Notes: a model not told the origin generated them from the letters alone. Numbered from the stretch's first letter, positions 42,301-57,300 are shown. The stretch: 64,000 bases of DNA from Candidatus Omnitrophota bacterium (GCA_028717245.1 JAQUOD010000002.1:12772-76771), one strand, 5' to 3'. Translations and numbers: made by a program.

Positions 42301-45300
42301 CAAATTAGATAATATAAGGGCCTCTACAAAGACAGTAAGGGAGAATCCAATCCAAGAGATGTTTGAGGGCGGCGGCCCAATTATTGGCCTTTCTGCAACT
42401 AAATCCGGTGCTGAGAAGATAATGCTTGCTAAAACCGGAGCATCTGGAATAGAAGAAATAGGGCTACAAAGCAATATTAGTGAGATGATAGGGGCAAGGG
42501 AGGTGCGAGTGGAGAAAGATACGGGGATTTCGAGATTAATTGATTTAGCCGTTGAAGCCGTTGAAGGCAGAGGGTTAATTGATTTAGCCACCGGAGCCGC
42601 TATCGAAGGCAAGCGAGGCGTTTTAATTGAAATAGATAACCCTACATGTTTAGATAGGGTTTTTAAAGAACTGCAAAATTCAGAGAAGTTAAAAGGAAGG
42701 CAAGTAGATGCCATTAAAGGAGATACGCCAGTTGATAAAATTGATGAATTACGTAAAAAAATAGGGCCGGAAGCACGTATAGTAGTAGCTCTGCCAAGAG
42801 TGGCAAAGCAGTGGAGTTTTAAGGGAAACCTTGATGTGATAATTTATGGAGCTGAGGGTTGGACATGGGATTTCCTTACCCACGGCATAAACAGAAACTG
42901 TAGAGACTCTGGGGCGGTAGGAAACAAGATAGTCATTGTTAATGAGGAAAGATTAAATGAGACCCTTGCCTACTTAAAAGAAAACCTTTCTTTATACAGG
43001 GATTATTCGGATGATGAAGCTAAAGATTTACAAAATTTAGTTAAAAATAAGATAACCGATACAAAAGATATTCTTTCTCTGTCATTAGAAGACAGGCTTC
43101 TTTTAAATGCAGATTTTCTTCAGATTGTGCAAACTTCTTCTTCCCATAAGAGCGCCATTCTTACTATCTTTAGAAATACCAGATCAACCGCGCCATTACA
43201 GAAATTATTTGATGACGCCGGTCTAACTCCCGAGGAAAGAGAGGTTATCGAGGAAGTAAGAACAAAGGAGAGAAGCGGCCTTTATGGTTTAATCCAAAGA
43301 TTAAATGACGAGCCGCTTTCAGGCGTAGAATGGGTAAGGGTAGTTTCGCAACAGAGCTGGGAATCAGCAATAAAGATGTGGGATGACCTTTTGAGTTCTA
43401 AAGGATTAAGTGAAATGACACTGCAGAAGGTTCAGGAACTGAAAGAATTTGCCCAAAGCAGTAAAGAACATGAGAAAAAAGATTTCGGAAAGATACTGCC
43501 TTCTAGATATGGATTAAATCAAGTGCCTGTGAATCACGATTCAGTCTTAGGAGTTGCTAAATATTTAGGGGAGGATATTCTTCCTTCAAGAATTGTTGAC
43601 TTCTTCGCTTCCACACCAACTGCTACTCAAGTAGCAGGATCCGTAGGTGTTAATAAGGCTCCACCCAAGACAGCAGAAGAATTTGTTAACCAATATTTTG
43701 CTAATCTATCCCCTCAAGAAAAATCCGCTGTAAAGGAATATTTAAACGATCCCCAAAATGATTTTGCCCTCGGTAATGGAAACCTGAATACTCGCGGAAG
43801 ATTATTCGCTGCCCTGATAGATAAAATACTTAGTCTGCCCGGAGAAGAAATAGCCAGCCTGCAGGCAATAGGGATAATCCCTGCTAATGCCGGCGGGATT
43901 AAGCTTTCTACAATAGAGACATTCGAATTAGTAAAGGCAATATTTGAAAGTGGATTAGAAGCGGATTTAGATTGGTTAATTTCGGCAGGTAGAGTGATTA
44001 AAGCTTTCGGGAACAATCTTCAGCCGATTACTTTTGAGAAAATAAAAGAGTTACAAAAAGAATTTCCTGCCTTAGCCAGATTCATCTTAGCAAATATTGA
44101 CCAGAGCAAGCCTGAGGGTAAAGAGCTATATCAGAAATGGGATGCCATAGTAACACGTCAGGAGAAGGCAAATAAGAAATATAAGCAAGATATTTCTAAG
44201 CTTAACAACCCATCTTTACCTTCAGCAGTAAGAATTATGATGCTTAAACGTGCCTCTGAAGCTATGGAGAAGGCTTGTATTAGCGTTAAGGAAGCCAGAG
44301 AGATAAACAATGACCTCGGTGTAGTTGCGGCTTTACTTGGCCTGATTAACACACCAAAAGCACTTGATGAATTTAATAAAGCTTATAAAGACTTGGTGGA
44401 GGTACCCAACATAGAAAAGGAAAAAATTGATAATGTTTCGCTTGCTACTTTAGCAAAATTAGTAAACGGCGAAACCAAGCTCGTTGACTTTATTATATCC
44501 ATAGGCAAAGAAGGTCTTTTTGATGCAGCCTGCGATGTAAGGAATGTTCTTGGCGTAATAGAGAAGCTTACAAAAGTAAAAGGGATTTGGAACTGGGGTG
44601 AAAAAATTACTCAAGAAGCGGTGAATAAATATGCTGAAAAATTTACCAAAGGCGATACAAAGAAGGCAGAGGCTGAACTGAAGAAATTAGCCGCTGATTT
44701 AGAAAAAGATATTAAATCTTTGCAAGAGAAATTAAAGGGCTGGAATCCGCAAGAAGGAATTACAATGAAAGTTATCCAGGAGATAGCTAAGATTGATAAT
44801 CTAGATTCGAATGATGCAGATCTGAAGGTAGTTTATATTCTCTTCTTAGGTCTTGCGACTACCGATGAAGAAATTGCAAAGATAAAAAAGAATGCCGAAA
44901 TCGCCGCTTCGCTTAAGGGAATATATCTGGTAATTACGGAGACGGATGGAAGGGTAGAGTTTGTAGATGTTGAGCCAAAAGATGGTAAAGTAAAAATTGG
45001 CGATAAAGAGTTAGGGGTTAAGGAATTCTATCCAATGGAGTCCCTGCCGCTAAATATTTTAAGAAATATAAAGCTTTTCGGCCATATTGCTCAAGGCGAA
45101 ACAATTACTTTGGGTGAAGGAGCCAACCAAATAACACTTACTCCTTACCAAAAAGAAGCTAATTGGAAAGTAGTAGCAGAAGGCGGGAAATTAGATTATC
45201 AAAGATTTGATGCGGGGACTGAATTTGAAGATAAAGCAACAGGTGATATCTGGCAGCCTACTGAACAAGGGTTTAGGATAGTCCAGACTATGGATGGCCT

Positions 45301-48300
45301 TAAAATAGAATATAACGCTGACGGTACAAAAACTATAACAGTAGTTGCGGCCGAAAGGAAGTATGCGGTTTTGAGCGATGGGTTAGTGGTTTACTTAAGC
45401 AATGGCGTATCTTACGTTAGATCTGATAAGGATAATTCACATACGCCCAACTTTAGAAAAGACTTAATTGGCCAGGAGATCGGGACTATAAAGAATGGTG
45501 CTGGAGAACAGATTGGCAGAGTTAAGTTAGAAGCCAATCCTGATAATCCGGATGAACCTTTTACAGTATATATCTATGACCGCGATTATACCTTTACAGG
45601 AAAAGATTCAGAGGGGAAAGAGGTATCTGTTACTACCTCCCAAGGCACAGAGATTAAATATAATCATCAGGGAGAATATGTGAGCCGAGTATTAAATGGT
45701 CTGGAATACAAACGGGACGGAGTAGTAACCGTAGTTGCTGCCGAAGGAGTAGAATTACCATTGCCCGGGATACGTTCACTTATTTTAAATATTCCTGTGG
45801 GTACATCTTTTGTATTCGGTCCTTTCGGCCCTCAATTGCCCGACGGCCAGTATAACCTTAAAGGCGACGGCGGTTCGGTTATAATAGGAGCTATTGATGG
45901 TAAGAAAAATTACACAGTTACGCTTAAAAAGGATGCTAAAGTTGGTTTAATGGAATTCGCTGCAGGATCAAAGGCTAAAATCGAGTTTATGTCTGACGAG
46001 GAAGTAAAGAATATGTTTGGAGATTCTTTAGATAAAGAAAAAACGCAGGCAGCCATCGAATTATCCGGGTTATCATTCCCTCCCCAAGTAACTTTATTAA
46101 AAGGTAGTTATGTTTCTGGCGGTTTACAGGTTGTTGTCCAAGACGATGGCAGCCTAACCGCAAAAGTTATCAGCGAAGGCGGAAACAGATACGCGTTTAT
46201 GCAACAAGAGGTTATTTTGCCTAAGGCAACGCCAGTTAAGGTAGATAGAGCTGGCAATATAACAGGTATTACTCCTGGCCGTTATGAATCTTCAGACAAA
46301 AAAGGCTCAATAGAGCTGGATGAAGATGGAACTTATACCGTAACTTACAGTAAGGAAGTAGATTTAGATTTGACTATTGGGGAAGAGGCTGAGAAAAAAG
46401 ACAAGAAAGAACATCATTTAGGCGGAACAGTTATCCTCTATACCCCTATTCCAGGTGAAGAGGGTAACTTTAGAGTATATGTTTTAAAAGAAGGCGATCA
46501 GCATGATCCAAAATCGCCTGCTAAAGCTCCTGACGTAGTTGCACCAGACGCCAAAGAGTTTTCTTTGGAGGTATTAATAGGTAAGGAAATAAGCCTTAAT
46601 GGTTCAGGAAAGGGCAGAATAGCGAGGAATAACGGGAATAAAGATGTGGCTCAAGTCCTTGATCTAAATAATAAGCCTGTAGCCGAATTAAAATATATTT
46701 CCAATAATGGTGAAGGCGCAGCAGAGATTGTCGTTAATAGTATTGATGGTTTAGGAGAAGGTGCGCTGGAAGAATTAACAAAGAACCTGAAAGAGAGCTT
46801 ACCGGCTCCGTTTAAAGATAACATAACTGTAAGGACAAACAACACTAATAATGGAAATGGAAACGGCTCTGATTCAGCGAAAGGCCCAGAACATTCTAAG
46901 AAAGACAATAAACCCGGTTCACCCGGAATGTTATCTATTGTACCATTTGTCTTTATATCTTCGGCATTCATGACCCCTTATGCCACCGGTCCGCCGATAG
47001 CCGGACTCAATGTTGCTTTATTCGCAAGCATTGCTGTGGTTGTAGCTGTAAGTGTAGTTGTAACAATTGGCTTTATAAAATATATTAAGAATCAAAAAGA
47101 AGGCGCAAAATGGCAGAGTATAATAGAACAGACAATCTGGAATTTGAAGTTGACCATCTCGTGGTTCTTGAGAAAGACGGAAGGATTATGGTCGCTGCTA
47201 AGTCGGATGCTCTCTTCCTTATTGACCAGCACACCGGAGAGGTTTGCGTCCATCAACCCGATGGGTCATGGGAAAAGCTCTGGGGTACTGAAAGCAGAGG
47301 AGTCATCGCCCACACCGTCGCAGCGCGTAATCAAGGGGTCCCAGTCTATCTGCAATAAGGGTAGCGGGCCTTCTTACACCCTCCAATCTCTCGGACAACG
47401 CGTTCCGGCCTTATATCATCCTGATAATAATAAAAATACATTTCACAATATGCCGACTGCGGAGGAAGTTAGATCCTGGGCTAAAACATTAGAAAAGTCT
47501 TATCCGAAGGTTGCGGCTGAGTTATATAGATTAGCAAGACTGCTTAAAAGACTTGAAGAACTCACGGGTGGAGAACCTATTGCCAAAAGGGATAATAAAG
47601 GAGAGTATGAATACCATTCTAAACTGGGTAGAAATAGACAGGAGGCAGAAGCCAAAATTAATGAATTACTTGGAGGAACGGATGCCGCTTTTGTCATTAG
47701 TCAGGTTATAGTTCATGAAAAAGAGGAAGACCATAAAAAAGGAATAACTAGCCAGTTAGCCCAAATAATACATACTATCCGGATAAAAGATATTATAAAG
47801 GCAGCCGATACAGTTAATACGGAGCTGGTTGACCTCTTAGATAAGAGGAGCCCTGATGATAGTAAAGATGATCTTAAAGTCAGGGCTATTATGGCAGTCA
47901 TAATTAGACGCATATTTAGAGTAAACGGCAATAGGGCTATAACCATAGACGAAAATGCGAAAGAAGGCGCTCTATATGATTTAGGAAATATTGGAATAGT
48001 TGATAGGAAGTTGGAAGAGATAAGGGAAATGACAGAGGAATTCTATAAAGGATACGGTAATTATGAGCCAAATTTATTAATACATTTAGCCAATGCTGTA
48101 AAGATAAAAATACAGAACTATGATTGGTATGATGCAGAAGAAATAACAGAGCTCTTGAAAATTAAAGAGCTTGACAACGGAGAAGTTGAAGGTAGACTTA
48201 AAAAACTTGAAGATGGACTCGGCCAGACCAAAGAAGAACTCGGCCAGACCAAAGAAGAACTCGGCCAGACCAAGAAGACGGCCGAAGAGGCCAAAGAGGC

Positions 48301-51300
48301 AGCGAAAGACACTATTAAGATAGAGGATATGCCAGTCCGTAGAGTCCATTGCGTTGTTTCTTTTGTGCGTTCTCTTACTTGGTTAACTTCTATAATGAAA
48401 GATAAAATTATCAGCGCGATAGAAACATCAGATAGAGAATTATCCACTATCTTAAATATCTTTAATACAAAAATAATAGAATTTAAATTAGGATTAGAGA
48501 AAAGATTAGCGGCCTTTGCTGTTGATATAGATAGATTAAGAGAACTCCTGAAAAAGGGTATAACAATATATGCTCTGGAGAAAATAGGAAACGGAGAATA
48601 TCATTTTGTGCAAATAATAAAAATCAATGAAGACGGGACAGTGTCGGTTTTAGATAATGAATCCGAAGATGAAAAAGGCATAGCAGGACGCTCAGATGTG
48701 CGCTTAATAAATCTGGTTAAAATAAAAGGAAAGTTTTTGGTGGTTTCTTATGAAAAGTATAAAGAAGGGCAAGAAGAAGGTGTATTTAAGAAAGAAGAGG
48801 AACTTTCTAAGAAAGAGATAGAGAGTATAAAGGGGAAAGTTAATACACTTTCGCCTAGCAACACCGCGCCCGGCACCAGCACCCCAGGTGGCGAAGTTGC
48901 CCCGGGCGGCGGAAGCGGAGCAGGCGCTGTTGGTGGAAGCAAAGGTTCAGCCACAGGTTCCGGCGCCGCAGGCTTCGGTGGCATAAGCGGTGAAGATTCA
49001 ATATTCGGGGATAGCGGGGTAGTGATTATAGGCGGGGTTGCTTACCCGATACAAGGCGCAGATTTATCAGCATTGATTAACGCTATTTTAGGGACTTTCT
49101 TCGGGGTAGTTAATCCGGGCCAAGGCGCGGCTGGGCTGAATGAGAGCGGCAGCGGCAAAGAAGGGGCTTCTTCAATCCAAGGCCAGGTTTCTTATACCGA
49201 TACCATTGGTAAATATAACGGAGTATCCGCAAGAATTCCTTTTGGCGCAATACCTTTTGGCGCAGGCATACCCGCGGCTCCAGTAGTAATAGTCCTGAAC
49301 GGAGAGGGGAATAATCCTCAAGATAAAGATAGGGCCCAAGTTGCCGTCAGCGAAATACTCAACCAGATTAAGCTCGGTTCAGCGCGGGCAGTGATATTGA
49401 ATGAACAATTCGTAATTTTCGTTTGCCAGGCCCAGTTGAACAAGGCGTCGCCGGCAGGGGCAGGGGTATCCATCATCCTCATTTTTGCCAACATCCAATC
49501 CCTCGCCCAATTATTGGCTGCTTTCTTAAGCGCCAGCCAGAATCCGAACGATAAATCCACTCCCTCAAACGAAGAAAATGATTTAAGGACGCTCATTGAA
49601 GGAATTATAAAAGCCATACTCAAAGATCTTGAGAATAAAGATAAGCTTGAGGATATAATTGTTAAATTAAACGCTGCCCTCGCTTCCCTGATAAATTCCG
49701 GCCTTACTCAAGGCATTTCTAAGATTACGGTTACCGTAGTTCCTGCCTCTTCCAAGACAGCTAATGCCGCGGCAGATATGGTAGCTAACAGCGAAAAAGT
49801 AGCAACAGGCAGCAGGAGAGCACAACCGACAGAGAGAAAAGAAAACGCTTTCACCCCCGAAGAATTAGGCGCTGTTGTAGCAGCGTTATTAAAGGTAATA
49901 AGCTCAAGAGACAATGTTTCTGAAAAAACATTAAGCAAATTAGAGCAGCAGGTTGAGGCGTTAGTTGAGTTGGTAAAGGGTCAATATCAGCTCATCCAGC
50001 CCAGGCCTGAAAACGGCATAAATACGGTTATTATTATTCTCGGTCCTCCTGCCCCTGAACTCCCTCGCGCAACTATGTTTGGAGGAGTAACAGGGGTCAA
50101 TAAAAGGGTCAGAAGTAAAAAAGGAGGATCAAATGTTAAAGTTAAATTTAGAGAATTGGCAGATGGAACTAAAATCATTATATACACAATTTATGGTGGC
50201 AGAATTCGAAAGGTCCAGAAGAATTACCATGGAGGATCTGGGACAGTTAGTACAGGAAGTGAATCTGAGCTACGACGGAATCCTAGGCCACCAAGCAGCG
50301 TAGGCACAACTTTTATACCGGGTTTACTTGGATTTGCTGCTTTACCTTATATAGGGCTTAGTTCTAGCGTAGTAAATTGGCAAACAGGAGCTACAAATTT
50401 AGTAGCGATTGGTTTAATCGCGCTGCTATCTTACGTTGCTTATGATCGTATCATTAGATTATTAAAAGCGGCAGAAGAAGGCGCAATTTATAGGCCTCGC
50501 AGTCCGCCTGCAAGTAATGGCGTAGAATCCTTAATAATCCAGAGTCAAACCGCCTTTATCAATAATCCTTCCTTAATTCAAAACTTAATAGAAGAAATTA
50601 GAAACTTAACCGAGCCGCTTATGCCTCCTACCGTGGCAGGTAGAGTATTTGCGGCTATTGTTGTAATCGGGGGCATGGTGACAGGAGCCCTCCTCCAGGG
50701 ATTGACCCCTCTTGTTGCAGCCCCCGTTACAACTATAATCATAGGAGGTGTAATATGGTTAACTACACTGAACTGGATTTTGACCACATCGTTGAGTTCA
50801 TCCACGACTCTACCGTCTTCGCTGCTGCTAGAGAGAACGGCAATGGCCATATGCGGATTTTCCTTATTAATGAGCTTACCGGCCACGTTTACACCCGTAA
50901 CGGCCGCGCTGATTCTTGGGAGCAGCTTTTTGGCAGCGACCGCGAAACTATTCTCACTCGCCTTAGCGCAGCGCGCAACAACCACACGCCGGTCTACAGG
51001 ATCAACGGAACCAACGGCTCGTTATAACGGAGGTAAGCGAGCCGCTGGTTCTCCATTAATTCCGCCTATTTTGTCATACTACGCTACGCCTTCGCAAGAG
51101 AAATCCGGACATGTAGGGGGAATGAGAACCGGTGGTGGAGTAACTTTACGTTGCAATGACGAATTTACAGTAGTATTGCAGGTTGGTAATACGTTGGTAG
51201 CGATAATAAAAGATAAATTAGGTTTAGGTAGTTACCGTGCAGTCAGAATTGATGGGGATAGCCAACAATTAGGCAGAGAGGTGTCATTTACAGAGAGTAT

Positions 51301-54300
51301 TGAGATAGGTAGAGACGAACAGAGTGGCAGATTTAAATTAGGTTCTCAGATTTCAAGCGTATGGAGTGATACTCAAGTGTCACGTAGGCATACAAGGATA
51401 GCAGTTTTAGATGGCGGTTTTATTGTAGTTCAGGATTTGAATTCTTATCATGGCATATATTATCGTGAGGTTAATAATGGCAGTGGTAATGTAGTTTCAG
51501 CTGATAGCGGCAAACATACTCAAAGTAATAATCGCGTTGAATACAGAAATGGCAATAAAGTTTTAATCGGAGACGTTGTTGGTATTATTGAGGTTAACTA
51601 TGCAGGTAAAAGAGGTATATTTAGAAGAGTTGTATTTGTGAGAGCCGAAGTCGCCCAAAACGTGGCATACGGATTTTATCCGCAGGGTAGCAGTGAAGCT
51701 TACGTTATATTAGAGCCGGATATGAGAACAGAGGGTAGCAGATTAGGCAAGGCCAGCCATGAAGGGAGACACGGGCTTGATTGGATGGAATTTGGTAGCC
51801 AAATGAATGAAATAGACAGAGAATACACCGCGCGCTTAACTACACTGGCAGAGAATCCCGATGACGACGAAGTAAGGGCAAGTTTTGGCAGGCGCATAGC
51901 CGAATATCAACGAAGGTCATTAGACAACCATGCCGAAGCTACACGACGCATTATTACCAATTTCATGGATAGAATAAAAAGATATATTTTTGGAGAACTA
52001 TATTATATACCTGCAGAACAAATTAGAAAGATAGCAAAAGAGTTACTCGAGGAATTTTATCAAGGTCATTTCGGATATATACCTAATTATCCTATGATTG
52101 GTAGACAGTCCATTACCTCTCCTAAAATTCAACATCTCTCTTCCCGCACCACCCTGCCTTTTATGGGTTTGGCGGCAGTGGGGCTTGTTCTGTCAATCCT
52201 CTCTGGCAATCTAGCACTGGTAGTGATTTCAGGTATCTATCTTGCCTGGAAGATATGCCAGCTATTCCATAAGGGCGAGTTTGATCCAAAAACAGGCAAG
52301 ATAGTTTATACAGACGCAAGCCTTGCTGCCGAAGCCCATGAACAAACCCATAAGTTACTGTGGAATTTCGGTATTAAAAATAGATTTATCTCTGAGGCTT
52401 TAGCCCAGTTGTTAGATTTACTAGTAGGAGCGGGAAGGCTTATTGGGCGTGCTTATGAGCGCGGCGCTGGTCTATGCCTAAAAGGACCAGAACAATTATT
52501 GCGAATACTGAAACAATTATTGCGGCCGTTAATGCCATATCATTCACCTCGCTCTTCTTTCTTGGGTGGGCTGACAGTTATTGCAAGGGTAATTAATAGA
52601 ACTAAAGCAATGCCCAGGGCTGTTCTAATGGTTGCAGAGAATTTAACAAAGAATTCGGATGCCAGCATAGCAGCAAAAAGAATGCTGGAGAGATTAAGGC
52701 ATATTCTAAATATCCCTTCTCTGCGGCCGTTATTTAGAAATCCGTTCTCTACCATCACAAAATCTATATCACACCTTACAAATCCTGTCAAGGGAATTCT
52801 ACCCCAGCCGCAATCCACGCAGCTTAACGTAGGGCTACGAGCCGGGTTAATCGCAGCCTCCCTTGCGGCTGCAACAACTCCTCAGGAGGATCAAAAAGTA
52901 GACGAGGAATCTATAATCCGTTCTGCTAACGAATTCTTCTTAGGAGCAGTAAGGCGGATTAAGGAAAAGACCGGCATAGATGGAGAATTTACGCCCCCAG
53001 AAATAATTTTTGTTGGTCGATTAACTAAAGAACAGGATTACCGGCTCAAAACACTTGAGAGTAGGGAATTGTCCGGAAAGCTAAGCCAGGAAGAGCTGGA
53101 AGAGAAACAAAAGTTGGAAAGTAATTTGAGGAATAGTTCGGAAGCTAACTACGATAAACAAAAGAACCAAATAAGGTTACTTAAGGGAAAAGTTATCCGG
53201 CAGGGAGCGTATCGCCATGAGGAATTACATGCAATCAGGCACCAATTTATTTTACAACGGTTCGGAGTTATTGAAGTGAATGAAGGCTATAGCATGCTGG
53301 ATCGGTACCTGAGTAGTATTTGTAAAGTAGAAATAGAAGGGAAAAAGGTAAAAGTGATTCCTGCGTATATGATTGAATTCTTCGCGCTATTAGATGAGAT
53401 GATTTCAAAAGAACTTGGCTTAGCCAATGGAGAAGATACGCGAGAACTAAGTTTGCGAGGATTAAGAGAGGCAGCTGAATATTTCAAGGGCGGTTTTGAT
53501 ACAAAGTTTTATGAAATATTAGAGTTGGGCGAACAAGTAATTGGGGTGCTTGAGGATATCGCTCGGCAAGATAAAGGAATTGACGAAAAAATTCAGGAAG
53601 CAAAGAATGCCCTTGCGCAATATGCGGATAAGGTTAGGGAATTAGGGAAGAGTATACTAAAGAACCAAGCCTATCTAAAACTACTTTGTCTAAAAACAGA
53701 CCCGGAGAAGTACGTTGGCTTATTACGTGATTTTTTTGAGATTATGGTGTCATTGTCTAAAACTTATGATAAAGCATTGCTTGAGAATGGAAGTTTAGGC
53801 GTTGAATTCACGTCCTTAAAGAAAGATGTCGCTGTATATAAGGAATACATAGAAGAGAATTTTGATTTTGATAGAGATACGTTAATATTAAATGGTAATG
53901 ATTCTGTGGCGCCCTATCTAGCGACTAAAATATTTATTACAGAAAAATACGAAGAAATAAGGAAGAATTGGGAAAAGATTTTTGTAATGGACGCTACAGA
54001 GGTAGAAGAGGTTTACTTTAAAGATGTTTTTAAAGCAATGGAGCAGATAGCGGAAGATTATGAGAGGAATATTATAAAAAGAGACGTAAGTGTGGATATT
54101 TCTAAAGAGGACATAGAACAAACTCAGGCCCTCTCCCTACGCACCACCCTGCCTTTTGTGGGTTTGGCGGCAGTGGGGCTTGTTCTGTCAATCCTCTCTG
54201 GCAATCTAGCGCTGGCAGTGATTTCAGGAATTTATCTTGTTTGGAAGATATACCAGTTGACCTGTAAAGGTGAATTTGACAATTACATAGGCAAGATAAA

Positions 54301-57300
54301 GAGCGCTGAAGGCCTTGGAGGGAAAATCCACGAGCAGACTCATAAGTTACTGTGGAATCTCGGCGTTAAGAATAGATTCGTCTCTGAGGTTTTGGCTCAG
54401 CTGTTAGATCTACCGGTAGGAATAATCGGGTTGGCTGGCAAGATGATTAGCGGGCGTGCTTGCGAGATTGGCGCTGTTGGACGTTTGACGCGCGTTTCGG
54501 AAGCATTAAGGATAGAGGCTTTTAAAATCAGGCAGTTCATAATAAGGCGTATTTTATTACGGAAACCAATAACACAAATGAAAGGTTATTTTGGCCAGGC
54601 GCGGCCGGATTCTTATGAAAAGGACGTACCGGAAATAATAGTAGGAGCCCCTGGCGAAAAACCGGTAAAATTAGAAGAAACGGAATTATCTAAAATAGAA
54701 AGAAAAACTACTTTTATTACCGAAGGAGTAGCTAGTTGTTCAGTTATAATTTATATAGCACAGACGCCAACCGGTTTATTTGCGTACCCTTTACATACAG
54801 TTATCTGGAACGATAGTAGGTTCCAGGAAATAAATAAGACAATTATTTCTAAGTTTAATTTAAAAGGAGCAGGAAAGATACGGGCTATAGTTATCCCAGG
54901 CCCTGTAGCCACTTTTAAGAATTGGAATCTGCAAGAGATTTTTGGAGATAAGGTTGATTGTTATGTAATACCTGAACTGTTATTGAGGATACCCAAGATA
55001 GAACACAGAAGGGTAAGGATTAGTTTTGGAAGCAAAAAATTAAGAATAGATGTGTGGGATTATAAAGATCGTCTTAAGGGGCCTTGGATGCCACGGAGGC
55101 CTTCGAGAAAGAATGTATTCTATTATTCCATAACCCCAGCCCAGCCAACCCCAGCCCGGCCGCGGCAGAAAACAGGGCTGTCCTCAATTTTATTTAATCC
55201 TATAAGTATCTTCGGTATTCCTGTAAAGATGCAATGGGCTTATCCTGTTATGTTGGCAATAATTATTATTGCTGTGGGAGCGACGCCTATTGGTTATTTA
55301 AATGGAGTATTGTTAGGATTGGGCTTAACTGCCTCGATTTTATTGCATGAGCTTGCACATTCGATGGTAGCCAATAAATACCAAAAGAATAGCTTGAAAG
55401 ATATTAGATTTACCGCCTTCGGCGCGCAAGCTAATATAAAAATAAATGGTAACATCAACATGTGGGAACAACTCAAAATACACTTTGCTGGGGCAATAAT
55501 GAATTTTGCCTTAGCCGGGTTATTGGTTGGCCTGAATGCCTTATACCCTAATGCTTATATTTTGGGTAGTTTAGGCTTAGTTAATGCAATATTAGGCGTA
55601 TATAACCTACTGCCGGTATTCCCGCTGGATGGCGGCATGATATTGTTGACAATTGCTAATAAATTTATGGATTCCAAGAAAGCCGCTTATTTAGCCGTTT
55701 ATGTAGCAAAGGGATTCGCAGTGGCAATGGCGCTGGCTGGTTTGGTAAGCCTACTATTTGGATTTTACCCCTTTGGCACATTAGTCTTTCTTGGCCTGTA
55801 TGTTTGGTATGCGGCAGGCAAAGAAGATAATTTTGAAGAAATTTATTCAATTGAAATTAGCAGCCCCGATAATTTTGAAATAAAGAAACAAAGGGAGGTT
55901 CCGGAGTATATAGGATCATTAGCGGAACACATGATAGCTCTGTATTTTTCTCCATCAAAGGTAGCCCGTATTAGCGAATTATTGAATATACTGAAAGAAG
56001 GAAGCTTTGAGCGAGGGGAACCCTATCTAATAAAAGGAGATTTTAGAGACGAAGATATAAGAGAATTATTAGATACTGCTATGAAAGAGAAAGCCATAGA
56101 GATAGGGTTGGTTAAAGCAGTTATTGCTGATGTAGAGGTTAGTTTTTGTGTGTTTGGAGGAAAAGAAGGCGTAAATTACCATAAACTTCTGGATATATTA
56201 GGCAAAATAAAAACTGGGCTAAGGCTGAGAGTCCACAATCATTATGGTAAGCAATTTTTACCGAGCGGGCCTGATTGTCCGCCTCTTACGGAGTATGCCT
56301 TCAGGCTATATACCTACTCAGAGATAGGTTTTATTGAATATGGTAGAGGCGGGGATAATGCGCTTATTAGAGAAAGCTTTAAAGATAAAGCAGGTGAAAA
56401 CTTGATTGTTTCGTGGGTACAGGGCAACAGAAGATTCCTCAAGATTATTCCTAACTCATCCGGTATTCTATTATGCAACGATTATCAGCCAAAAGATGTT
56501 TACAAAATAATCACGCCAATATTAAAGGAGAAGATAAAAGAAGGAGCTTCAAGAATAGCCTTCATAGAATCTCGCGGTGCGTGGGTAGAATGCGATGCAT
56601 CTGCCCAAGAATATTCTCGGCTTAATTCGTCTTATCCGGATTGCCCTATTTCAGGTTTACCTACCCAGCCGCAAGCTACTAAGGAGTCCACCGCCGCGCC
56701 AGCCCCAGCCCAGCCGCAGCGGGGAATGGAACCAGTTGCCGCCAATCAAAAGAATGATAATCAGATACGCATAATTCCGTTAGAGTCGGTTAAACATATA
56801 CCTTCTGTTACGGGCAAGCTGCCGGTTGTGCTTGAGACCGACAGTATGATTTTTGTGACTTATGATTATGAAATAACTACCGCAGCTTCCGAGCGGCCGA
56901 TACTGCAAACAAAAGCGGCAGGCCCTTGTATAGTTTTAATACTATATGATAAGGTAAATAAAGTAGGGCTTCTCGCTCATCGTTATAAATCTCCTGCCAG
57001 CGAAGAGATAGGGCAAATGCTTGTTGATTTGGAAAAATCCGGAGCGGATAAAAAGAATTTAACATTCACAATCCTCGGGGGTTGGAGCGGTTCAGATGAT
57101 CCGGGAAGTAACAGGCCTTTAAAAGAAGGGCTCAGGGATATGCTTCTTCAAAAAGGAATAGGTTTGGGCGAAATTGAATGGAATCCTACCTTTAGCCGTT
57201 CAGTTGCATTTGATACCAGAACAGGCAAGACCTACGATTTAGTGGCGGAATGGGAATTGTTCAGATGTCCTTCAAAATATATAGATGTCCTCCCGAATAA

